A stretch of DNA of 64,000 bases from a virus (lineage: Duplodnaviria; Caudoviricetes): IMG/VR virus record IMGVR_UViG_3300032233_002306, positions 2,117-66,116 of that record; one strand, written 5' to 3'. The position numbers were made by a program, and so were the translations under genes. Each line of letters opens with the position of its first letter. Within the stretch, counting starts at the first letter, position 1. This document shows, piece after piece, positions 39,854 to 48,665 of the stretch. Under the pieces are notes generated by a model. The model was not told the DNA's origin, ran no database searches, and saw nothing but the letters and a program-made list of their open reading frames with translations.

Positions 39854-42626
39854 ATGCAAGACATTAATTATCCAATCGGATTTACTATTTTCAAGTTAGA
39901 TGAAGATAAAGAAGAGTATACCGTTACTGGTTTCCTGGCTAAGGAGTACCGATTTAGGGATTTTGATGGTGCTTATGATCTTGAAGAGTATATTCAAAAG
40001 CATATCGACTGTTCAGATATTACCTTTGACTCTGAGTATTGTCAGTTTTGGGCTTATACTAAAACTATTGAGCGAGCAAAGCAATTTGTTGATGATATAA
40101 CTGCTTGGGTAACTAAAATAAAAGAATTAGTAAATTAAATAGGCAGAGTAAAGGTATTATATTCATATAAATAAAAAATAAAATAAAAGTTATGAAAAAA
40201 TCAACACTCCTCGCAGAATTCGATCAGACAGTTCATTTAGTAAGCTTTTCAATTTCATCAGTATTTACTAAAGATGATGTAATTCAAATACTCAGAAATC
40301 TTGAAGGTGTACTTAAAGAGTATACAAGTGAAAATGAAGAAACGATACAAGATCGTTTTGTTTTAACAACTGAACAACTCGATTCATTGATAGAGACAGT
40401 TACAAATGAAATATCAGCAATGGATGAATATATTATTGATGATTATGATTTGAGTATAAATGATAAAGAGATACAATTGGATAGTATTAGTTTGAATAGT
40501 TGTGGTATAGAAGAAAAAGTAAGTGAAGCCGTTAATGGTTGGTTGGATAACATAAATGATGATGATTGTGGTTGCTAATTAAATTTGGTGGGCGGCTTAA
40601 AGCCGCCTACCTTCATTTAAATCAAATAATATGAATGAAATTCAAATGTATGATGCTATAACAGCATTCGGAAGACAGGTAATATATGATGTAATGGAGT
40701 TAGCAGCATGTTGTGACCTCAAAGTGGCACATAAGTCATTTAAAAGCCTAAACATGAATCGACATGCCGAGTGTATTGAATATATGTTTAAAGCAGAATT
40801 AAATAAAAAATCAAAAAAGTAATTATGGCTGACTTTAGTAAACAATGGTGCGACTTGAATGATCCCGAAATGCCTTATGACTTTGATATTGTAGAAGAAC
40901 ATAGCAAACTACAACCGGGATATAGTGTACCTTGGATATGTGAAGGGTTTGGATTTGTAATGATAGGTAAGGGACATAGCGATGAAATATTATTAGCAAT
41001 TCCGGATGATGAAGATCATAATTATATCAATTGGATTGAATATGATAAATTTATCAAGGAATATAAAATGAACCAAGGCATAGCTTAATTTAAAGCCTAT
41101 GGCTCACACACCACCCCACCTAATCCGTATATACGATTGGCAAGATTAAGGTCATATATTCAATTAAATAAAAAATTAAAACATGAAACTCGAAATTACA
41201 GATTCACAGGTATTCCGCACAGCGTATTTCACTATTGAAAGTGATAATGGTATGGTTTACCTCATTAATATGGCCGAGAATGAATTTGGTGATGATTGGA
41301 ATATAACCGATGAGAACCATAATAACATTGAAGATGAAGATATGTGTTCTAGATTGATAGATATTTGTGAATCAACATTTAATAAATAAGTTATGACAGC
41401 ACAAGAAAAAGCAGCTCACTTAGCAGCGACAGCAGAATTAATAGTATTAGCAGAGGTAGGGTTTAAATTAACACCAACCGAACGTAACAGTATTGCTAAA
41501 CGCCAAGCAATTGAAACTTGTAATGAGGTATTAGGGTATATGGGTGCGGATCGTGGTTATTCATTTTGGGTTGAAGTAAAAACAGAATTAGAAAAAATAT
41601 GACACCACAAGAGAAAGCAACTAAGCTAATAGATCAATATAGATTAATTCTAATCCAATCAGAAACAGATGCAGGAGAAGAAATACTGTGTACAACTATA
41701 GCTAAACAATGTGCATTAGTAGCAGTAGATGAGGTAACAGCAAACATAGAACCATCAATTTCTGAGGATGTAGCTTCAGCAAGATTTAAATATTGGGAAC
41801 AAGTAAAAATTGAAATTGAAAGTATATGAGCACATTTGAAATTGATTTCTTCGAATTAGCAATGTTAGCCGAAGCGTGTATACCGCCACGTCCAATTGCT
41901 CGAGCTATGTTTTGGCAAAGCTTAACAGATAAATATTGGTATCAATTTACCGAAGGCGAACGCGCTCATCTATTTGAGTGGATGCAGAAGAGTTGGGTAT
42001 ATGAGGATAGTTTGGAGAAGGAAGTGGATACTCAAGAATTCCATGCTAGATTCAATCCCGATAACCAATATATGGTTAAAACCAGTTATAATGGTAATGA
42101 AGATCCACATCAAAGAGCATTTAAGATGGGTGATAGATATTATATAAAACGCAATACATGGATATCAGAAGAATATATTGTATCGGCTTTTAAATTTACA
42201 CCTGAAAGAGAATATTAGTATGAATATAGCAATAGGTGATACAATAAAAACAGCAGTGGGTGGGCCATATAAGGTTATTAGCGTTAAGGATAACGCAATA
42301 ACATTTAAAATGAAAAACGGAATTGGTCAAACCATAACACAACACGTGACGGAATTGATTAAGAATGTGGATTTGAATTGTGAATATAGTGGATTACCAT
42401 CTGTTAAGGCATATGAAAAATAAATAATATGACGGAACAACAAACAATAGACAGTATAAACAAAACGTTAGATAGGATCGAGGCGAGAATGGATGAGATG
42501 AATAAAATATTGGGTAAGATAATGGATGAGATAGATAAACATAAGAATGGACCCAGCAAAACGATAACGAGTACGTACGACGGGGAAATAATGTATAGGT
42601 ATAAACAAAACAATAATGAGAAATAA
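39854..42626 (+). CDS. Run of small early hypothetical ORFs (39854-40138, 40192-40578, 40631-40822, 40825-41088, 41183-41389, 41393-41602, 41599-41829, 41826-42218, about 42220-42423, 42429-42626)
   Basis: ORFs with A-rich leaders and repeated promoter motif; 41393 and 41599 are tandem paralogues. Confidence 0.55.
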
Positions 42627-43071
42627 ACGACTACATCAAATTGAGGATATAGGTTTTTATGTGGCGATAGGGTTCGCTTCAATCGTTATAACGCTTGGTT
42701 TTTTAGCGTTGGTTGGCAAAGTGGTGATGAGTATATTTGGATAAATAAAATTAAATAATAAAATATGAGCGCAAGTAATATTGTTATGTTGTTAGGTTGG
42801 TTAATTTTAATGGTAAGTTTTTTGTGGCCGAGTAATAAATGGGGAGGAATCGTAGCAAAAACCGCCTTATCTGCGCTGAGTACTGGCCTTTTTTTAGCGA
42901 ACGCTATACATGCTTTTTTATCGTAAGTGTGTAAAACAAATTAATGTGTGGGGACGTGGTTTTTTGTACCGCGTCCCTTTTTGTTATGGTGTGTTGTGTA
43001 TGTGGAATGAGGTGGTGTAGGTGGATGATGGTGTTGGGCAGAGTTCTGTTTTTTCTTCGCCACTCCACCTC

Positions 43072-43467
43072 TTTTTTGTCGACGAAATATATACTTTTTT
43101 TTTTGTCTGAGCAATACGACTTTTTTTTGTCTAAACCAAATTTGTTTTTGTCAAGATTTTTTTGTAGCTTCACCCCAATTTTAAGTTTTTTTTTTGCTTA
43201 AATTTTTTTTTGTCGGCGGAGTTTTTGTCGTACATTCACGCCATGAAATTTTTAGAATCATATCCACCACACATAACACCCACGGAGATTTTTGTAAACA
43301 TTTTGTTTTGGGGAGGGATTTTTGTCGTGTATTTACTTAGGGAAACACCCCCATTCACAGCGATTTGGAGGGTAATAGCAATTTTTCTCATTGTATTATT
43401 CGGGACGGTATTGTGGGATAGATTTAAGGATAAATTAAAGGATTTTTTGAAGTAGGTTTTTTTTGTC
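43072..43467 (+). repeat. Cluster of T5-10GTC repeats
   Basis: At least 7 copies of TTTTTGTC (43072, 43095, 43121, 43145, 43203, 43222, 43319, 43457). Confidence 0.7.
43243..43455 (+). CDS. Small two-TM protein
   Basis: ATG after TACATTCA (43231); two hydrophobic segments. Confidence 0.55.
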   Translation: MKFLESYPPHITPTEIFVNILFWGGIFVVYLLRETPPFTAIWRVIAIFLIVLFGTVLWDRFKDKLKDFLK

Positions 43468-43503
43468 GCAGTTTTTTTCATACATTCACCGAAATTAATA
43501 GTT

Positions 43504-44133
43504 ATGAAAGTTATAGAAAAACAATGGCAATACGGGAGTTTTTTAGCATACGACGAGATCGATGAGGAGTTTTTAGCAACCGAGAAAGGCATTCGTGTAC
43601 TACCAGCGCCTTTTTTTTATGAAAAGAAATTATATTTTGAATTAAAACGCCGATACGAACCGGGTGAGAAAGCTACATTCCCCAACGGCGGATATGAGGT
43701 GGTGGATATGAGTGGAGGTATCCGCTCATATGACCTAGATCAGATAATCATCCACCCCCAGGTACTCCAACACAAGAAGATGTTGGATAAGATGGCTCGC
43801 CGCGCTGAGAAGCAAGCTAAGAAACGTGAGCGCACTATCAAGAAAATTGGTAAGGAGAATAAGGTCAAGCAGGGACGTAGGGGACGCCCAGCGATTGACC
43901 CAGCACTTAAGGCTGCCAGAGCCGCACTCAAGGTAGAAGCCGGAGTACGTAGTGGAGGTAAACGTGGGCGCCCTAAGAGCACTGAGCTTAAGACAGTGTC
44001 CCCACCAAAGGTCTCTACTGGTAAACGTGGACGACCAGCTTTGAGTGTGGAGGCGATCAAGCAACGAGCAGCAGACAAAGCAGCTACCACTAAACGTAGT
44101 GGTGGTAAACGTGGTAGACCAAAACGAGCATAG
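43504..44133 (+). CDS. Basic protein with four AT-hook-like (R/K)RGRP motifs
   Basis: RRGRPA, KRGRPK, KRGRPA, KRGRPK. Confidence 0.7.
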   Translation: MKVIEKQWQYGSFLAYDEIDEEFLATEKGIRVLPAPFFYEKKLYFELKRRYEPGEKATFPNGGYEVVDMSGGIRSYDLDQIIIHPQVLQHKKMLDKMARRAEKQAKKRERTIKKIGKENKVKQGRRGRPAIDPALKAARAALKVEAGVRSGGKRGRPKSTELKTVSPPKVSTGKRGRPALSVEAIKQRAADKAATTKRSGGKRGRPKRA

Positions 44134-44166
44134 TTTTTTACGTATATTTATCGAAATTAAAAATTA

Positions 44167-45505
44167 TGAATCAACAAGAAATTATTAATGAAGTAAATGT
44201 TTTGATTGAAGGTAGTGGATGGGTAATTGATGATTATGATGGAATGGATGGTTTTGATTACGTAACAATTCGTAAACCATCAAATTAAAATGTGGTCGGG
44301 CAAGTCCCGACCACTATCTTCATCGAAATTAAAAATTATGAAAGTAAAAGATTTGATTGAACAATTGAGTAAATTTGATCCAGAAACAGAAGTATTAGGT
44401 TCTTGTGTTGACCCATCAGATTTTGTTTATAAAGTACCTGTTAAAACAGTTATATTAGATAACCCATTTGATTCAAATGGTTACTCTGGTGTAGACGGTT
44501 CTGAAGTAGATTGGGATTTACACTACTATGAAGACGAAGACATGGATGAACCAGAATATGTTGGTCCAAAAGTTGTATTGATTAATTTAGGTGATGTGTA
44601 AACATCACCTTTTTCTGTCACGGTTTTTTGTGTATATTCATTCAAACAAAAATTAAACGTATGTTAACAGGTTACCAAAGACAATTGTTCAGTGAATTAG
44701 TTAATTTGAATTGGGAAACAGACCAGAATTATCCCCAGACCGTTAAAACAGCTTTGATCAATGAGTATTGGAGGGTGAGGAAAGAATTGGAGGATGATAT
44801 GGGTAAGGATGAGTATAGTAGGTATATTAACGGGATGAGACAAATGTTTGCTCCAGTAGGTGGATATGGGGATGAGAGTCCAGAGGAAGTAGAGCGTATG
44901 TACGCTTCGATTTAATAAAATGTGGCCGGGCGAAGCTCGGCCACTATTTTTGTATAAATAAAATTAAAATTATGAAATTACAATTAACAAAAACCGCCAA
45001 GCAGGAGTTAAAAGCAATTAACCTTAAATTAGATAAAACTGAAGGCGAGTATTATGATAAGATGAGTAAACGAGAGCGCCTAGTATCAGATGCAATGTTA
45101 TATGTTGATGATGCTTATGTAAATAATAAATTTAAACGTTTAGATAACTGGTGTAAACGTACAGGCGAAGGCGAATATACTGAAGATTATATGATGAATG
45201 TTAAACGTAAGGTAGGTAAAATGATAATGGAAGATATAATTACAATAGTAGAATAATAAAATGTGGCCGGGCAAAACCCGGCCACTATCTTTATTCAAAC
45301 AAAAATTAAACGTATGGCTAATATGGGTTATTGCAGATTCGAAAACACACTTAGAGACCTCAGGGATTGTTACAGCAACATGGATAGTGATGATTTGAGC
45401 CAATCAGAGTTTTATGCACGTAAACAAATGATTGAGTTGTGTTGGGATATTTACAGTGAATATTGTAATAATATCGATGATGAATTTGAAGACGAGTCAG
45501 AATAG
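44167..45505 (+). CDS. Small acidic early ORFs (about 44167, 44338-44601, 44651-44915, 44972-45256, 45314-45505)
   Basis: Each preceded by a promoter/hairpin unit. Confidence 0.55.
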
Positions 45506-45577
45506 GTTTTGTCCGGTCCAAATTTTTTAGTACATTCATATCACAAATATAAATAAATAAAACAAAAAACAAAGGTT

Positions 45578-45859
45578 ATGTCAAACAAAAAAGCAACAAC
45601 AAAAGGTAAAGAGACAGGAAAAGGTTCAAAAGGTCGTCCAACAGTAGCAGGTTCAGCTCGTCAAGCTCGTCTCGCAGCCAGAGAAGCCCGTGTAGCAGCA
45701 GGTGGTGAGGTTAAGCGTGGTAGACCAGCAGTACAAACCAGTGCTCGTCAAGCTAAACTCGCAGCACAAGCAGCCCGAGTAGCAGCAGGTGGAACTATTA
45801 AGCGTGGTCGTCCAGCAATTAAAAAGGTAGATGAGGTAGTAGCCGAAGTGGCTGCTTAA
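45578..45859 (+). CDS. Ala/Arg-rich protein with three GRP motifs and an internal duplication
   Basis: SARQARLAAREARVAAGGEVKRGRPA / SARQAKLAAQAARVAAGGTIKRGRPA. Confidence 0.7.
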   Translation: MSNKKATTKGKETGKGSKGRPTVAGSARQARLAAREARVAAGGEVKRGRPAVQTSARQAKLAAQAARVAAGGTIKRGRPAIKKVDEVVAEVAA

Positions 45860-45936
45860 TCAAAAAATGCCTAAGGTCCGCCATTCCATTTTGGGTGGCG
45901 GAACTTTTTTCGTATATTCATCCAAATTAAAATATA

Positions 45937-46481
45937 TGGATAAAATAAATGATTTTTTTAGTATATTGTTTTATAACATACAGATATTCCTTTTTGGTAC
46001 ACGAGTAAAAGGTGAGCCGGCTGGGTATCCAGAGAATAAACCTACGGATGTAAGGGATGGGGATGGTTTTTTTACATGGTGCCAGGAGTATAATGTAGGG
46101 TGTCGATCTAAGAACACAGGTGTTTTTTATTAGGCGAGATTTTTTATATACATTCATCTAAATAAAAATTAAAGTATGAAACAATTAACCAACAGAAATC
46201 TAATCGCAGGTACATCTTTTTTCGGTACAACATTCCCAGCGTCAGTTAACCAGCTAGTTGAAGCACTAGGGGAACCAACGCACGAGGGAAATGACGGTGA
46301 GGACAAAACCAATTTTGAGTGGAATATGGAGTTAGAAGACGGTACCGTATTTTCTGTTTACGACTGGAAAGAATATAGGGCGATTGGTATGGATGAAGTG
46401 ATCGACTGGCACATTGGGGGGAAAAATGGAGATAACACTATAAAAGCACTAGAACAACTATCAAAACTAATTATAAACTAG
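45937..46481 (+). CDS. Two hypothetical ORFs (about 45937-46133, 46176-46481)
   Basis: Own promoters. Confidence 0.5.
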
Positions 46482-46558
46482 GTTCATACTTTTAATTTTT
46501 AATGATTCGCCCTGGGTTTCTACCCGGGGCTCTTATTAGTAAAATAAAAAATGCAGTT

Positions 46559-46960
46559 ATGAAAATATTATTATTATTAATATTCCCTTTATTAGCTGGT
46601 GGGTCTGGGATTAAAATCACTCCTACCCTCCCCCCGGTAGAACCCAAGGCACTAACAGTTACCCTCACCACTTATACGGTTGATTCATCCCAGACAGACA
46701 GTACTCCCCTTATTACCGCTAGTGGGTTTAAACTAGATAGTCTTAACCCACGCAAGCACCGGGTGATAGCTATTAGTAGGGACCTTAAGGCCAGATTTAA
46801 ATTTGGGACCAGAGTGAGAATAACAAACGCAGGTCGATTTAATGGAGTGTATGTGGTGAGGGACTTGATGAATAAGCGCTTTAAACACAAAATAGACATC
46901 CTGATTAATTCAGAAGATAAACACACTAAATTAACTGATGTGGTTATTAATAAAATGTAG
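46559..46960 (+). CDS. 3D-domain (MltA/RlpA-like) peptidoglycan-active protein
   Basis: N-terminal anchor; TTY...QTDSTP.ITASG, IAISRDL, RD.MNKRF..KIDI. Confidence 0.8.
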   Translation: MKILLLLIFPLLAGGSGIKITPTLPPVEPKALTVTLTTYTVDSSQTDSTPLITASGFKLDSLNPRKHRVIAISRDLKARFKFGTRVRITNAGRFNGVYVVRDLMNKRFKHKIDILINSEDKHTKLTDVVINKM

Positions 46961-47007
46961 TTTGTATTGTCACAATTAATTGTGTATATTCATCCAAATT
47001 AAAACAT

Positions 47008-47193
47008 ATGAAATATCTAGTAATTGATTTTTTTAACGGTGATTATTTTATTACAGAGGAAACAACAATTGATGAGTTAGTTAATGCGATGTATAATGAT
47101 AGTGAAGAATTTGATTTAGATAAAGCAAAAGAATCATTTTTTGATGCTTATGATGTGTTTGAGATTAAAGGTGAGTTAGTAAAGGTGAATTAG
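47008..47193 (+). CDS. Small acidic hypothetical protein
   Basis: Own promoter (TATATTCA 46985). Confidence 0.6.
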   Translation: MKYLVIDFFNGDYFITEETTIDELVNAMYNDSEEFDLDKAKESFFDAYDVFEIKGELVKVN

Positions 47194-47214
47194 TTTTTTG
47201 TACATCAGATGAAT

Positions 47215-47240
47215 GTGGGTGGTCAGAAATGATCACCTAC
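47215..47240 (+). repeat. 26-bp hairpin/promoter repeat, left copy
   Basis: GTGGGTGGTCAGAAATGATCACCTAC; 25/26 identical to 48458-48483. Confidence 0.85.
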
Positions 47241-47260
47241 ATTTATATAAATTAAAAATT

Positions 47261-47416
47261 ATGGATGAAAATGTATGTTTTATTGATTTGGAAAATGATG
47301 AATGTGAAGGTTATTGGATAAGTAAGGATGAATTGATGATTGATGAAAATGTGATTAGTAAAGGTAAATTTGAAATTGAAGGTGATGTGTTTAATTATGT
47401 AAAAATATTTTATTAA
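47261..47416 (+). CDS. Cytosine-free gene 1 (51 aa)
   Basis: MDENVCFIDLENDECEGYW...; no C in the CDS; no A/P/T/H/Q. Confidence 0.75.
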   Translation: MDENVCFIDLENDECEGYWISKDELMIDENVISKGKFEIEGDVFNYVKIFY

Positions 47417-47473
47417 TTATTAGTTTAATTAAAATTAATATTGTATATTTATATAAATTAAAAATTATTAATT

Positions 47474-47728
47474 ATGAGAGTAGAATTAAAATTAAATGAA
47501 TTAGATGAAATGTTTAGTAAGTGTGGTAATGGAGTGTTTATTATGTGTATGAGTAATAGAGGGGATGAAATAGATAGGTTTAGGATTTGTAGAGAGAGTT
47601 GGAAATTAGGTAGTAGAGTGAATTGGGTGAAGTGTAAAAAAATATTGAATAAAAAAGGTATTGAATTTGTGGAGGGTGAAAGTGGATGGGGAATGAGAAT
47701 GAGTAGATGTATTGATTTTAATTATTAA
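47474..47728 (+). CDS. Cytosine-free gene 2 (84 aa)
   Basis: No C in the CDS; own promoter and leader. Confidence 0.8.
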   Translation: MRVELKLNELDEMFSKCGNGVFIMCMSNRGDEIDRFRICRESWKLGSRVNWVKCKKILNKKGIEFVEGESGWGMRMSRCIDFNY

Positions 47729-47788
47729 AATAAATTAGTTTAATTAAAATTAATTATGTATATTTATATAAATTAAAAATTATTAAGT

Positions 47789-48058
47789 ATGAAAAGTAAT
47801 TATGATTTAGTTTTAGAAGTATTTAAGAGTTATGAGATGGATATTGTATTGGAAGATTTTAAGAATAGTTTTATTGAAGGTGAGAATATAAGTAGAAAAG
47901 ATTATGTGATATTTTGTAGTAAATATGTAGATGATGCTGGTGAAGGATATTATATTGATTTAAATTGGAAGTTTATTGAGAGTGGAGGTGATTTGGAGTT
48001 AATTAATAGGTTGGATAGTGGGGATGATAGTTGGAGAGATGAATTTAATGATGAATGA
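47789..48058 (+). CDS. Near-cytosine-free gene 3 (89 aa)
   Basis: Single C at 47937 (Ala GCT). Confidence 0.8.
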   Translation: MKSNYDLVLEVFKSYEMDIVLEDFKNSFIEGENISRKDYVIFCSKYVDDAGEGYYIDLNWKFIESGGDLELINRLDSGDDSWRDEFNDE

Positions 48059-48117
48059 AAATAAATTTGATTGGTAAGAATTAATATTGTATATTTAATT
48101 AATTAAAAATTAAAGAT

Positions 48118-48288
48118 ATGAGTAAATTAAAATTTAGTGATGGTGAGGAATTTGATTTGGGTGGGCCTTTAAGGGTGGAAGAACGAAGTGATGGATGGTA
48201 TGTCTTAGGGGAAAATAGAATGATGGCTGTGGCTAGTCAGAGTGAAGGTCTTAAATTAATTGAAACATTAAAACAAGAATATTTATGA
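48118..48288 (+). CDS. C-poor gene 4 (56 aa, not in track)
   Basis: MSKLKFSDGEEFDLGGPLRVEERSDGWYV...; own promoter. Confidence 0.7.
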   Translation: MSKLKFSDGEEFDLGGPLRVEERSDGWYVLGENRMMAVASQSEGLKLIETLKQEYL

Positions 48289-48449
48289 ATTTAAGTTTAA
48301 AAGATGTAAATGATCTTTATTATGTAGTAGGTAGAATGATGCAGGTGGATAAGAAGGATAGGATGTTTATTAGTGATGAGGAATTAGAGGTGTTAAGTGA
48401 AAAACTGGTGGAATTAATTGAGGTAAAGTACGAGGAAGAAAATTATTAA
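48285..48449 (+). CDS. C-poor gene 5 (54 aa, not in track)
   Basis: ATGA overlap with gene 4; four C's in 165 nt. Confidence 0.65.
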   Translation: MNLSLKDVNDLYYVVGRMMQVDKKDRMFISDEELEVLSEKLVELIEVKYEEENY

Positions 48450-48457
48450 TAATAAAA

Positions 48458-48483
48458 GTGGGTGGTCAGAAATGATCACCCAC
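48458..48483 (+). repeat. 26-bp hairpin/promoter repeat, right copy
   Basis: GTGGGTGGTCAGAAATGATCACCCAC. Confidence 0.85.
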
Positions 48484-48508
48484 CTTCAACCCACACAAAA
48501 AATAAAAT

Positions 48509-48646
48509 ATGAAACCAACACGCGAACTTGATTTCACAATCCCAGCAATTGCACTCCTATTAATCCTCATCCTGGCAGCTACTAGTTGCTCACCTAATGG
48601 ATACGGTTGCCACGGCCGATCTAAAATCATCACCCGCGTACGATAA
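48509..48646 (+). CDS. 45-aa lipoprotein (not in track)
   Basis: MKPTRELDFTIPAIALLLILILAATSCSPNGYGCHGR...; lipobox ATSC. Confidence 0.65.
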   Translation: MKPTRELDFTIPAIALLLILILAATSCSPNGYGCHGRSKIITRVR

Positions 48647-48665
48647 ACAATTAAAATCAATTAAT

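Noticed and set aside
42904-43201. ORFs 42904-43173 (-) and 42944-43201 (+)
   Set aside because: Arise from the low-complexity GT/T-tract; no leader or promoter.
47241-48165. C-free tract as a bisulfite/deamination artefact or blanket C-to-T hypermutation
   Set aside because: Blanket conversion would turn CAA/CAG/CGA into stops, yet about 224 codons are uninterrupted, stops fall just before the next promoter, G is enriched, and promoter C's are replaced by A as well as T. Read-level confirmation is still advisable.
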